Positions 26,440 to 40,374 of a DNA stretch of 64,000 bases are shown piece by piece (within the stretch, counting starts at the first letter, position 1; each line of letters opens with the position of its first letter). The DNA lies in contig NC_081212.1 of NCBI RefSeq assembly GCF_902713425.1, positions 10,036,261 to 10,100,260 of the forward strand, written 5' to 3'. Under the pieces are notes generated by a model that did no database searches, was not told the DNA's origin, and saw only the letters and a program-made list of their open reading frames with translations. The DNA comes from Acipenser ruthenus. Its lineage: Eukaryota. The position numbers and the translations under genes are program-made.

Positions 26440-27095
26440 TTGCTGTTTTGCAGTTTACAGGCCAGGGGCATAACAGCCACAGTCGAGCACTGTCAAGTAA
26501 AAGCTTGACTCCCTAGATAATACTACCCTCACTGCCACAGACAGACTTGTTCTCCAAGGATTTCATCAGCATCATGATCCCCTTTGAGGAAGTTAGACAG
26601 GATACAGGGAGACCAAGTTGTCACAGCTAGTTTGGGCATCTCCTCTATCCGTGGGATCTAGAGACACCTCCGTTCCCCAGCAGAGTACAACAGCAAGCTT
26701 GTGATTGCACTCATGAGTTCCATTGAAAAGCGCCTGTCAAAGTATGAGGACAGGACCACTTAGCAGAGAGCAGCTGTTCTGGATCCATGCCTGAAGCTTC
26801 ACTGTTATGAAGTGACCAATCATCACACCATCTCATCTTGGCCAGCATCTTCACCATGGATTCACAAGACCAACCCCAGGTAGATGTATTTTTCCCCTCC
26901 GCACAGGAAAAGCTGTATGTTACCCTTTGAAGATGAGCCCCAAGTTGATGTCACCAGTCTACATGCTCAAGAAGTGAAAACCTACCTAAAAGATCCCTGA
27001 ATACCCTACAATCGAGATCCTCTTGTATTCAGGAAAGACAACCAGCACCCATTGTCCCCGGCTTTCCCAGCTAGCTCAGCTTGCTTATTTATGTT
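26440..27095 (+). pseudogene. hAT transposase C-terminal remnant
   Basis: AAVLDPCLKL (hAT LDPRFK hallmark) and EVKTYLKDP-IPYNRDPLVFRKDNQHPL (matches the hAT C-terminal dimerisation motif dPL.WWk.n...yP.L). Confidence 0.55.
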
Positions 27096-27137
27096 TTTTA
27101 TTTGTCATCTTTGGATGCTTTACATTACATTGATATA

Positions 27138-28743
27138 CACTACCGGTCAAAAGTTTTAGAACACCTCCATTTTTCCAGTTTTTATTGAAATTTACACAGT
27201 TTAATGTCTCAATGTACTCTGAAATTAAAGCATAGAACAAATAAACAATTGGAGATAAATCATGGAATCGTTTTGTTTAACAAAATTTAATCTAAATTTT
27301 TGACTCAAAAGTAGCCACCTTTTGCAGATATAATGGCCGAACACACTCGTGGCATTCTTTCTACAATGGAAATCAAATATTGTTCGGAAAGTTCTTCCCA
27401 ACACTGTTGCAGAAGTTCCCACAAATGTGTTGCACTTGTAGGTTGCTTTGCTTTCACCCTTCTGTCCAGTTCATCCCAGACCAGCTCGATGGAGTTTAAG
27501 TCTGGAGACTGTGCTGGCCATTCCATGATTTGAAGCCTACCGTCTTGTTCTTTTCTTCTAAGGTAGTTCTGACATAGCCTGGAGGTATGTTTTGGGTCAT
27601 TATCTTGCTGTAGGAAGAACCCCTGACCAACTAGGCATATAGCAGAGGGTATTGCATGGCGCTGTAAAATGCTGTGGTAGCAGTTTTGGTTCAGGGTGCC
27701 ACTCACTCTGTGCAAGTCGCCGACTCTGGATCCAGCAAAAAAGAGCCCCAGACCATCATGCTTCCTCCTCCATATTTGACAGTTGGTGTCACACACCGAG
27801 GAACCATCCTTTCGCCTACTTGATGGCGTACAAAAACCCTGCGTGATGAACCGAAGATTTCAAATTTTGATTCCAGTCTTCAGTAGTCCACTGGCGGTGC
27901 TTCATGGCCCAGGCAAGCCTCTTTCTTATTTTGCCATCTTAGCAATGGCTTTCTTACTGCCACTCGACCTGTCAAACCTGCAGCTCGAAGTCTTCTCTTC
28001 ACAGTTGAAACTGAGACTTGCTTACTTCGACCAGTGTTGAGCTGTGCTTGAAGCTGTTGTCCTGTGAGCCACCTATCACACAAGCTGTTGACTCTCAGAA
28101 ACTTGTCTTCTGATTCTGTTGTGGCTTTGGGTCTGCCAGACCTCTTCCTGTCAGAGTTTCCTCCAGTTTCCAAGTGCCTTTTGATGGTGTAGGAAACTGT
28201 ACTCACTGACACCTTGGCTTTCTTTGCAATTTCTCTAAAGGGAAGACCTAAACTTTTAAGGGTTATAATGGTCTGTCTGTCTTCCTTTGTTAATTGCCTT
28301 TTTCTTGCCATTATGAGTGCAATATACTACTTCTTGCAGTACAATACTGTCCAAATAATGCTTAAGAGGGTGTAGTAACACAGTCTGTTCCAACACTGCT
28401 TTTATACAGACAGAGGGTTTGTAAGTAATCAACAAAAGTTGGGACACCTGTAGGAATTGTTAGCATCAACTTTCAAAGCTTAATTTACTTCCATTGCTGC
28501 AGAACAGCTGTAAGTTGTTAACCCATTACTTGTTCCCTGAAAAAGGCCTTTTTGTATAACTCTGAAATGTACATTATTTTTCAGTTTTTGGTAACCTAAA
28601 CTTTTTTTTTTTAACCTCTGGCAGTTTACCGCTTACCTTTGTACCATTTCAGGTTATTCACTGGACTTGAACTGCTTAAATTTCAATACAAACTGGAAAA
28701 ATGGGGGTGTTCTAAAACTTTTGACCGGTAGTGTATGTGTGTG
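27138..28743 (-). mobile_element. Tc1-like DNA transposon (1606 bp) with TIRs CACTACCGGTCAAAAGTTTTAGAACAC... and TA TSDs at 27136-27137 and 28744-28745
   Basis: Terminal inverted repeats read directly; internal transposase on minus strand. Confidence 0.85.
27305..28311 (-). pseudogene. Tc1 transposase, frameshifted (HTH ORF 27880..28311 and DDE ORF 27305..27796 with [15 protein letters not shown])
   Basis: Two ORFs in different frames covering the DNA-binding and DD34E catalytic domains. Confidence 0.85.
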
Positions 28744-29146
28744 ATTTAATACATAACCATTGCAGTAAATACAAAAAATGCATAATATAATATGTATATG
28801 ATTTACATATTTACTCATAGCTCAGTTATTTGTTCTATTGTATTGAGAAACCCAAACCTAGTATGAATACACTTTGACAACTGGTGGGGGGGCGGGGGGG
28901 TGAGGACATGATTAAAAAAAAAAAGGTTAGGAAGCCCTGCTGTAGTTCAACAAACATTTTACAAGACAGATTAAAACAGTGGATTGTGTTATATCTGTTC
29001 ACAAACATGTATTACAATGCAGAAGTATTTGCATTTTAATCTGAAAGTTATCAAATGCATTTTCATTTTCATTTTGTGAAGTCTCAATTGCAGTCAAATT
29101 TAGAAGCAACTAACTACTGCATTTGTATTTGCGTTTGTAAGACTTA

Positions 29147-30125
29147 AGCCTGGGACACACATGAGCGGCGCGGCACCGCTAGAGGGGAGCAGCAAAATGC
29201 TGCACATATCGCTCACCTTTTATTTCAAATGGAGTGAACACACATTGACTTAAAAATGAAGTTGCAGAAAAGTGTCGCAGTGGCAGAATTTTAGAATGGC
29301 AAAATAATCGCTCAGTGAGTGATATTTTGCTGCTAAAACATTTTCCCGCAGTGGCAAATCTGGTTCTAGCCAGTCAGGTCCATGGTGTGGGATACGTCAT
29401 GTCATGATAAACTAGAATATCCATCAATATGGAGGAGCTACTGATAGCTGAAGTTTCTCAGCATCCCGAGCGATTATAAAAATAAGAATTTCAAGGATGT
29501 TGGTTCTGGGTCTATTGAATAATCCAAAACAAATACTAACCGCTTACACCTGCATTAATTCAGTTACTTGACATCCTCTATCATTTGTCAGATATTCATG
29601 CCACGTAATTAACCAGTTGCCAGCCTACTGGTTATTGTGTATACAACTGCGAAGAATGTGATCCCTTTTTTTCTTAATAGCAGCTCCTATACAATGTATA
29701 ACTACAAATAGAGAACCACAATCCAGTCTTGGTAAGTGCGGTGCTGGATATATAATAGCTGTTTCTTTGTAGAAAAAGGCTTTCACATTGTATCCCAAAA
29801 TAAATATATTTTGCATACATATCCTTAGGTAAATATAAAAGGGAAATATTTCTAAGTAGTGTTCTGATATGGGAACTTAGTTAGATCCTGATAACAATTT
29901 CTGGAGATGGACATGGTCATTCACTCTGGGTTCAAGCAGTAAAAGTTCAAGAATGATATACATTTTTTGGGTTGTTGTACAGTGCTGGGAGGTGGTAGGC
30001 GGTCTTTTTCTTAAATCGCCGCTTCACAAGGTTGATGTGTGTCCATCAAGCAGAGCGGTATTACCGCTCGCTGCGCCGCTTCACTCCCGTGAGCGGAGCC
30101 GCGCCGCTCACGTGTGTCCGAGGCT
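29147..30125. mobile_element. MITE-like element (979 bp) with 27-bp TIRs AGCCTSGGACACACRTGAGCGGCGCGG and a TTA TSD (PIF/Harbinger-like)
   Basis: Inverted termini at 29147-29173 and 30099-30125; TTA at 29144-29146 and 30126-30128. Confidence 0.5.
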
Positions 30126-31226
30126 TTACAGGTATTTGCATTAAATGCACTTGAACCCAGATCTGGCGAGTGCTATTTTATAGTGCAATAACACACGCCA
30201 GAGTGTTCAAAATGGTCTAAAATCCTTTCACTGTTTAACCATATTGCTTTAATACATTTTCTTAACTGGGGATGTTTTTAAAACCTTGTGAATAATTTGA
30301 GTGATGGGTCAGTATGACATAATAGCTGCATAACACAGATACACTTTTCAAATTGGAGCATTATGGCCTGAGATTAGGAAAGGCCATGGGAATTGTAAGA
30401 AAGGGGGGCTATTCCAACTGAAAGATTGGTGTACGAGGACTTAAGCCTGATTCGCACAGGAGTCAAAATTACCACAAGAGGTGTGAATCGTCCATTTCTT
30501 TTTAGCCCAAATCCTTCTCAGAGGTCCTCCCTGATTTTTTTTTTGTTTGTTTTACAGTCCCTCTGTAAAATGTCAAACCCAGATGTCCTGTGTTATTAGT
30601 CCCGCGTGAATCAGCCATGTCAGTGTTATGTTGGAATTGGTAGAAGCATTTCCAGGGTAGTCACCTAAAGCAATAACAGCCTTTAAAAATGAACCGCGAT
30701 AGAATATTAACATTGGTATGAACGGTCCTGAGATTCTACAGTTCAGTAAAACATTACGATTATGCATAACCAAATTGGAGAGTGGGGAAAATACAACACA
30801 TAAATTGGCAACTCTTTGAAGAAATTGGATGTTTTGAACGAAGCATTTGGAAATAAATGCATATCACTCAAGGGACAAAATGTTTGACATGGTCAAGGTC
30901 TGGTACCCTTGAAAAAGAAGGTACAATGAAATGAAAAGGCACTCTGTTGCTTGCTTCATTCTTCCTCCATCTTACACAAGTTATTTACAGCCGGTTCATT
31001 GTTTACAAATCATGCACAAAAACGCTCTGACCAGTATTGCATTTCATTTTGAATTTAACGACTTTCCTGCTGAAAACTAGTCCACATCTGGGAGGTTACA
31101 AAATGTCTTCAGCTTTTCATCAGCTCTGAGGACGTTTCATTTTTAGTCCCATCCGAATCATACTTTAGTCACTATTTTCTGACTTTCCATCTTACAAAGT
31201 CAAGCCTTTGATTTATTTTCTTGCAG

Positions 31227-31446
31227 ATCAGAACACTGGGGCTCGGTGAAAAAAGCAGTGGATTGGGTAAAGGTGGCAGACTGGCGATATCCATCCATTT
31301 ACTGGAGACTGGAGCTTGGAAGAGACTGGGAATCAACCACACGGCAGCTGCTGTGTATTGACCCAGTGAAGCAGAACTCTCCCCTGCAGCTGGTGCGCAT
31401 CACATGTTTTAAACCTGGCTGCTTCCCAAAAGGTGGACTTAGTTAG
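31227..31446 (+). CDS. Terminal coding exon of host gene, (R)SEHWGSVKKAVDWVKVADWRYPSIYWRLELGRDWESTTRQLLCIDPVKQNSPLQLVRITCFKPGCFPKGGLS*
   Basis: Acceptor ttattttcttgcag|A; phase-compatible with the exon at 26294; stop TAG at 31444-31446; matches ORF 31246..31446. Confidence 0.45.
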
Positions 31447-32027
31447 CCTATTTCCTGCCAATGAAGAAGAGACATTGTATTAATGCTTGGTCCTGAATTT
31501 TTAGTGGGAAGCTCCCCCAGGACCAGGCATTTTTTGGCTGTAGTTGACTCTTCCTATAAAAACTCAGCCGCTTCTTGGAAATGGTGTCCTTTTATTCAGA
31601 ACACTCTGGGGAACATTACAAAAGTACTTCTCAAACCATTCAAGCATGTTGCTTTTTTTTTTTCAATACTATTATATCTATGTATTATATATTCTGCTTA
31701 GAGATACATGTATACAAATGTGTTATTCTATGACCTGGGAGACATTACAATACTTCTGAAAGTTTTGTTAAAATATTGATGTTTGGGCAGATTACAAAAC
31801 ATTGTTTCAGCCGAGTAATTGTAATGACATACACGTTTAAATTCTCAGGCTCTTTAAGCATAATAGACACTACTCACAATTTATTTTCTAAAAACAAATG
31901 TTAGTTACTCACTTCATTATTAATCAGTAATGAGGAAAAGAAAACTTCCTTGATACATTTAGTTCATGAAATAGTATATGCTTATATCCACTTATTTCTT
32001 GATATTTATAAATGTTGTATAAACACA

Positions 32028-33653
<1,626 letters not shown>

Positions 33654-34072
33654 GTATATACACACAAAAGACAGAATAAATGTTCTAATAAAATTATAAG
33701 TCAAATACATCAGATTGACAGTGTTCCCCTTTTTTATTAGCTCTAAACAAGTTCCTGTGATATTTTGTTTCTGCTTTTGTCTCTGCCGGGCTGCTGTAAA
33801 CTGTCTCTGCGCTTTAGACACTAAATGCCCGTCTCAGTGATGTCAGGAAGTGAAGGTCCCTCCCCTATCCATTGATGTGTGTTTCAAGCCTGTACTGCAA
33901 AGTACGGTGGCCCTGTAAGTCATCAAAACAAACTGCTTTTTTTTTTTTTTTTTTTTAAATCGTGTTTGTCGCAGAAGCCCACTTCAGTATAATTGTTAAC
34001 GTGATCCCAGTCCTTAAAGGGTTAAGCTATTGCCACAGTTTAAAGGGATATTTGATATGATCTACACGTCCT

Positions 34073-34804
34073 TGTGGAAGGGTGGTGGGTAATTCACTGA
34101 CGCAGAGACAGACAGGTGTATTTGGCGTCACCACACAGGTGCCCAGTTTTATTTTTGTTGGGAGCAGGGAGTTGATCTCTTTAGCCCGCAGATGGCGCTG
34201 TGGGTCCGTGGTCTGCGTACCACCGATGGTAAACAGAGCCACGGAGAATACCAGGAGTCTGGTAAACCAGGGATCGGACAGTAGCACTCGCAGGTGCCTC
34301 AAACAAAACAATGAAAACAAAAGATCAAAGAAAAAGAGAAAATAAAACACAGTAATAAACCTTCAAAGAAAAAGGTGCTGCCCTTGGCAACAATATCCCG
34401 GTCGCCGCTACCCGCACGACCCGGATCTCCGTCCTACACTACCGGCTCGCTATGCTTGCCTTTTTACTACTGGGGTTCTGCCCAAAGGTACCCCGCTCTC
34501 CCTAATTCTGTCTATCCGGAGGCTCCTTTCTCTCCGCTGATCCTCGCTCCCGGTCAGCACTTTCCGCACCTCCAGCGCGTCTAAAACGGCAGACCTGAGG
34601 AAACAGCAGAGCATTATCTTATAGGGCCAACAATCTCCCCAAGACCCGCCTCGCAGCCATTCAGAGAGAGAGGGAGAGTCCACACCCACTCTCCCACCTC
34701 CCCGTGTCACGGCTTCTGACAGGCGGTTGTTGGACGACTGCCGCCCCCTCCTGCAGCACTGTGAACACGCCAGCAGAGTCAGTACAGATCTCTCCCCTGT
34801 TACA
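34073..34804 (-). repeat. 3' LTR of gypsy element 1
   Basis: Direct repeat of 36482..37213; purine-rich tract (aagggggagga on minus strand) immediately internal at 34807-34820. Confidence 0.85.
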
Positions 34805-34847
34805 TATCCTCCCCCTTAGAATGGCACCACCGGTCCATTCGAAAATC

Positions 34848-35978
34848 CTACAACCCCATGCCTTCCCGAGAAAAAAAATCTGCGTTTTGATGCAGTTTCC
34901 CCGCTCGGTGAACTACCCTGAAGGCATAGGGCTGCAAGGCCAAGTACCACCGCGTGATTCTGGCGTTGCTATCTTTCATTCGGTGAAGCCATGCTAAGGG
35001 GGCATGATCTGTAACAAGGGTGAAGTGTCGCCCCAGGAGGTAGTACCGGAGTGACTCGACTGCCCATTTTACTGCGAGACACTCCTTCTCGATGGTACTG
35101 TAGTTTTTCTCGCGGGGAAGGAGCTTCCTGCTGATGTACAGGACCGGGTGCTCGCTTCCCCGAACCTCCTGAGACAACACTGCCCCGAGACCTGTCTCTG
35201 ACGCATCCGTCTGCAGGGTAAACCTCTTACCGAAATCCGGGCTGCATAGCACTGGCTTGCTACACAACCTCCGCTTCAAGGCGAGAAAGGCCCTCTGGCA
35301 CAGCTCCGTCCACTGAACCGTATTTGGGGCAGCCTTCCGGGTGAGGTCTGTCAAGGGAGCAGCGAGCGTGGCGAAGCTCGGGATGAACTTTCTATAATAG
35401 CCCGCTAGTCCCAAGAAAGAGCGCACCTGGGTTTTAGTCGTAGGGACCGGCCAGTCAGCCAAGGCTTTCACCTTAGCAATCAGCGGTCTGATCTGGCCAC
35501 CCCCTACTCGATACCCCAAATACTCCGACTCACTCTTCCCAATGGCACATTTCTTTGGGTTAGCAGTGAGCCCCGCCTCCCGCAAGGATTGCAGCACCGC
35601 CGCTACCTTACACAGATGACTCGGCCAGTCCTCACTGTGGATAACCACGTCATCTATGTAAGCAGCGGCGTACTGCTGATGGGGCTGTAAAATGTGATCC
35701 ATCATCCGCTGGAAAGTGGCAGGGGCTCCGTGCAACCCAAAGGGCATGGTCCTAAATTGGTACAACCCGAAGGGAGTCGAAAACGCCGTCCTCTCTTTAG
35801 ATTCCGGGGTCAGGGGTATCTGCCAGTACCCCTTCGTTAAATCCAGTGTCGTCATAAAATGAGCGGTGCCTGTCGCTGGACCCACAGCCGAGGACCCGGG
35901 GCCAGACACTCCAGGAAGCGCTCCACCACCACCATCTCCACCAACCTGGCTTTGGTGTTTACGTCCGGGTTCAGCCAA
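34848..35978 (-). CDS. Truncated pol: RT domains 3-7 (FMTTLDLTKGYWQIPL; YIDDVVIH), RNase H (LQTDASETGLGAVL) and the first integrase zinc-finger residues (HQNADFFSR), then stop. Protease, RT domains 1-2 and integrase are deleted
   Basis: 376-aa ORF; motif order as in Ty3/gypsy. Confidence 0.75.
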   Translation of the reverse strand: MAEPGRKHQSQVGGDGGGGALPGVSGPGSSAVGPATGTAHFMTTLDLTKGYWQIPLTPESKERTAFSTPFGLYQFRTMPFGLHGAPATFQRMMDHILQPHQQYAAAYIDDVVIHSEDWPSHLCKVAAVLQSLREAGLTANPKKCAIGKSESEYLGYRVGGGQIRPLIAKVKALADWPVPTTKTQVRSFLGLAGYYRKFIPSFATLAAPLTDLTRKAAPNTVQWTELCQRAFLALKRRLCSKPVLCSPDFGKRFTLQTDASETGLGAVLSQEVRGSEHPVLYISRKLLPREKNYSTIEKECLAVKWAVESLRYYLLGRHFTLVTDHAPLAWLHRMKDSNARITRWYLALQPYAFRVVHRAGKLHQNADFFSREGMGL

Positions 35979-36397
35979 CCTAGGGCGTAATCTTTCAGGC
36001 GGTGGGCAATGGTTCGGGGGTGCTCCTCTGCCGCAAACTGTTCCCCCCGGAATTTTTTCCGATACCCCTCGGGCGTGGCCCCCACGCGATTAAGGATGAC
36101 CGCCTTCAGAGTTGGGTAATCCATCATAGCCTCCGGGGACAGTGTCCTCGCCGCTGCTTGCGCCTCACCCGTGAGCTGAGGCAGTAGGCAGCTAGCCCAC
36201 TGCTCTGGAGCCCACCCGGCCGAGGTCGCCATGGCCTCAAACACCTCCAAGTAGGCTTCTGGTCGATCCTCGGCCGTCATTTTAGTAGGTCTTTGCAACC
36301 GGGGGTCTGGGGCTGTTGATCTAGCCGCCCCCTGCACCGCAGCGGTGAGAGTCTGGCGCAGGAGGTCCATCAGGGCAGCAAACTGCGTGGCATCCAT
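35852..36397 (-). CDS. gag (capsid-like: LKDYALGWLNPDVNTKARLVEMVVVERFLECLAPGPRLWVQR)
   Basis: 181-aa ORF adjacent to PBS/5' LTR. Confidence 0.6.
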   Translation of the reverse strand: MDATQFAALMDLLRQTLTAAVQGAARSTAPDPRLQRPTKMTAEDRPEAYLEVFEAMATSAGWAPEQWASCLLPQLTGEAQAAARTLSPEAMMDYPTLKAVILNRVGATPEGYRKKFRGEQFAAEEHPRTIAHRLKDYALGWLNPDVNTKARLVEMVVVERFLECLAPGPRLWVQRQAPLIL

Positions 36398-36459
36398 TAT
36401 GTTTTGTGGGTTTTTTTTTTTTATCTCTGGGTAGGTGCACTGCTTGGGGCAATGCCAGT

Positions 36460-36479
36460 GAATCCCACTTCTGACACCA
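36460..36479 (-). promoter_or_regulatory. Primer-binding site (PBS) complementary to a tRNA-Leu(CAG)-type 3' end (plus strand reads GAATCCCACTTCTGACACCA), 2 nt from the 5' LTR
   Basis: Matches the recalled 3' end of vertebrate tRNA-Leu-CAG (GAATCCCACTCCTGACACCA) with one mismatch. Confidence 0.5.
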
Positions 36480-36481
36480 CG

Positions 36482-37213
36482 TGTGGAAGGGTGGTGGGTA
36501 ATTCACTGACGCAGAGACAGACAGGTGTATTTGGCGTCACCACACAGGTGCCCAGTTTTATTTTTGTTGGGAGCAGGGAGTTGATCTCTTTAGCCCGCAG
36601 ATGGCGCTGTGGGTCCGTGGTCTGCGTACCACCGATGGTAAACAGAGCCACGGAGAATACCAGGAGTCTGGTAAACCAGGGATCGGACAGTAGCACTCGC
36701 AGGTGCCTCAAACAAAACAATGAAAACAAAAGATCAAAGAAAAAGAGAAAATAAAACACAGTAATAAACCTTCAAAGAAAAAGGTGCTGCCCTTGGCAAC
36801 AATATCCCGGTCGCCGCTACCCGCACGACCCGGATCTCCGTCCTACACTACCGGCTCGCTATGCTTGCCTTTTTACTACTGGGGTTCTGCCCAAAGGTAC
36901 CCCGCTCTCCCTAATTCTGTCTATCCGGAGGCTCCTTTCTCTCCGCTGATCCTCGCTCCCGGTCAGCACTTTCCGCACCTCCAGCGCGTCTAAAACGGCA
37001 GACCTGAGGAAACAGCAGAGCATTATCTTATAGGGCCAACAATCTCCCCAAGACCCGCCTCGCAGCCATTCAGAGAGAGAGGGAGAGTCCACACCCACTC
37101 TCCCACCTCCCCGTGTCACGGCTTCTGACAGGCGGTTGTTGGACGACTGCCGCCCCCTCCTGCAGCACTGTGAACACGCCAGCAGAGTCAGTACAGATCT
37201 CTCCCCTGTTACA
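36482..37213 (-). repeat. 5' LTR of gypsy element 1
   Basis: Direct repeat of 34073..34804. Confidence 0.85.
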
Positions 37214-38748
37214 GTCCTATATTTGTATTTGTTACAGGTTTAGTATTATAGTATGTGTGTTTACATGCAGGGAGGGAGGTTGAAGAGCATGTCAGTGTTT
37301 GCGACAGGAATGGCGTTGTGGTGACGTCAGGCCAGATGCAGGAACCAAACACACTGACAAGTAGGTACTGCAGTGCAAATGCGCACCGAGCGCCGTCTGT
37401 TTAATAACAAAAAATAAATACAAGGTTTTAACAAAAAGACTTTGCTCACAGAGCCAAAACAAAAAGTTTAAACAAAACAAATCTCACAAAAACACAAAAT
37501 AATAAATGTCAAGCTGGCACATCACCTTCACTGTTCCTAGATTATTTTAAAATACATTTCACCCGCTCCTCCTCTGAACACCCACCACCTTGAGTGCAGA
37601 GAACTGCAGGCTTTTATTTACTGTGGCCGAGGGGTTAACTATCAATTCTCTCATTACCCCTTGGACACAATCTGCATGAGGTTTTTAATTATTACTGGCA
37701 GAGGACGAGCACTAATCTTACCTCTGCCAGAACACGTTTTAAATAAATACAATAACAAAACCCGCAGAGCTTCGCCGTCATGTCTACATACATAAATAAA
37801 TCACAAAACAATAAACTGAACAGGGGCAGTTCTAAAAATAAATAAACAATGTCAATGTACAGGGCTACTCTCCCTGTTACAGTGTTGCACAGGCTTCAGT
37901 GCACATTGCAACAGCTTTTGTTTTTAGGGCACATGGCATCAATATGCTTTCCTGCCTCACTTCCCAAAAATCAGCCATGAGGAGTCATTTGAAGCAGAAT
38001 GTGCTGAAAGTTGGTAACCATGGCAAATAGAAACCACAGTAGAGATCAATACCAAATATGATAAGCAGGCAAACATTTACAAATCATAAAAACGATGCAA
38101 ACATTTATAAATGTTTCATGTTTGCTCCATTTCAATAGTTAAACACAAACCCAGAAATTTGAACATGATACTCATGGTATTAGGTGGTCTTGCTGTCTAA
38201 TGCATGTTGGATTGTACATTAGGAGTGAAAATGACTGCAGACCAAGTTTGATAGAGTGGAAGATGAGTTAACAGATGGGTGTGGTGCAGGTGGAAACACG
38301 CATTAGAAAAAGCTTAGTAAATGCAGACTAAAAAGACATTTAAGGGAGATTTCATACGTTTATAAATAAGTGGTGTTATGTAAGCAAAAGTTACTACTTC
38401 AAAATGTGCATAAGAGGGCAGAAATGGAAGTTGCTTAAAGGGCTATAAACACTATTGTTTATTCGCTGTGTTTTTTTTTTTTTTTGTTCTTTTTTACGCC
38501 CGACGTGTCGCTGCTATTTTTGTATTGAGACTTGCACGTCCAATATCACAAGCAAGTAGGGGGAATGTCTCATTATAGCAGGATCTTGATAAATATCTCA
38601 ATAAAAGAATACAGACAAATGATGTGAAAATATGATGAAATTGGAAAGTAAGCACTCTTGGCATTTTAAAATACACGCTGTTTTGACTACAGATTTTAGT
38701 TAACGGTCTAGGTGTAGCTAGAGATACTGCATCCCATTATTGCATATA

Positions 38749-40374
38749 CAGTGCCTTGCGAAAGTATTCGGCCCCCTTGAACTTTGCGACCTTTTGCCAC
38801 ATTTCAGGCTTCAAACATAAGATATGAAACTGTAATTTTTTGTGAAGAATCAACAACAAGTGGGACACAATCATGAAGTGGAACGAAATTTATTGGATAT
38901 TTCAAACTTTAACAAATAAAAAACTGAAAAATTGGGCGTGCAAAATTATTCAGCCCCCTTAAGTTAATACTTTGTAGCGCCACCTTTTGCTGCGATTACA
39001 GCTGTAAGTCGCTTGGGGTATGTCTCTATCAGTTTTGCACATCAAGAGACTGAAATTTTTGCCCATTCCTCCTTGCAAAACAGCTCGAGCTCAGTGAGGT
39101 TGGATGGAGAGCATTTGTGAACAGCAGTTTTCAGTTCTTTCCACAGATTCTCGATTGGATTCAGGTCTGGACTTTGACTTGGCCATTCTAACACCTGGAT
39201 ATGTTTATTTGTGAACCATTCCATTGTAGATTTTGCTTTATGTTTTGGATCATTGTCTTGTTGGAAGACAAATCTCCGTCCCAGTCTCAGGTCTTTTGCA
39301 GACTCCATCAGGTTTTCTTCCAGAATGGTCCTGTATTTGGCTCCATCCATCTTCCCATCAATTTTAACCATCTTCCCTGTCCCTGCTGAAGAAAAGCAGG
39401 CCCAAACCATGATGAAACACCACCATGTTTGACAGTGGGGATGGTGTGTTCAGGGTGATGAGCTGTGTTGCTTTTACGCCAAACATAACGTTTTGCATTG
39501 TTGCCAAAAAGTTCGATTTTGGTTTCATCTGACCAGAGCACCTTCTTCCACATGTTTGGTGTGTCTCCCAGGTGGCTTGTGGCAAACTGTAAACGACACT
39601 TTTTATGGATATCTTTAAGAAATGGCTTTCTTCTTGCCACTCTTCCATAAAGGCCAGATTTGTGCAGTATACGACTGATTGTTGTCCTATGGACAGAGTC
39701 TCCCACCTCAGCTGTAGATCTCTGCAGTTCATCCAGAGTGATCATGGGCCTCTTGGCTGCATCTCTGATCAGTCTTCTCCTTGTATGAGCTGAAAGTTTA
39801 GAGGGACGGCCAGGTCTTGGTAGATTTGCAGTGGTCTGATACTCCTTCCATTTCAATATTATCGCTTGCACAGTGCTCCTTGGGATGTTTAAAGCTTGGG
39901 AAATCTTTTTGTATCCAAATCCGGCTTTAAACTTCTCCACAACAGTATCTCGGACCTGCCTGGTGTGTTCCTTGTTCTTCATGATGCTCTCTGCGCTTTA
40001 AACGGACCTCTGAGACTATCACAGTGCAGGTGCATTTATACGGAGACTTGATTACACACAGGTGGATTCTATTTAATCATCATTAGTCATTTAGGTCAAC
40101 ATTGGATCATTCAGAGATCCTCACTGAACTTCTGGAGAGAGTTTGCTGCACTGAAAGTAAAGGGGCTGAATAATTTTGCACGCCCAATTCTTCCGTTTTT
40201 TATTTGTTAAAAAAGTTTGAAATATCCAATAAATTTCGTTCCACTTCATGATTGTGTCCCACTTGTTGTTGATTCTTCACAAAAAATTACAGTTTCATAT
40301 CTTTATGTTTGAAGCCTGAAATGTGGCAAAAGGTCGCAAAGTTCAAGGGGGCCGAATACTTTCGCAAGGCACTG
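38749..40374 (-). mobile_element. Tc1-like DNA transposon (1626 bp) with long IR/DR-type TIRs (CAGTGCCTTGCGAAAGTATTCGGCCCCCTTGAACTTTGCGACC...) and TA TSDs at 38747-38748 and 40375-40376
   Basis: About 100-bp inverted termini; internal transposase. Confidence 0.85.
39042..39982 (-). pseudogene. Tc1 transposase with one frameshift (ORFs 39308..39982 and 39042..39410; [19 protein letters not shown])
   Basis: ORF track. Confidence 0.85.

Larger units (their letters stand above)
34073..37213 (-). mobile_element. Internally deleted Ty3/gypsy LTR retrotransposon (3141 bp) with two 732-bp LTRs (TG...CA) and a 5-bp TSD GTCCT (34068-34072 and 37214-37218)
   Basis: LTRs at 34073..34804 and 36482..37213 are essentially identical; the internal region carries gag and RT-RNase H only. 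Confidence 0.85.

Noticed and set aside
35866-36187. Plus-strand ORFs inside gypsy element 1
   Set aside because: They are antisense to the gag/pol reading frames and are proline/glycine-rich with no domain; the coding strand is minus.
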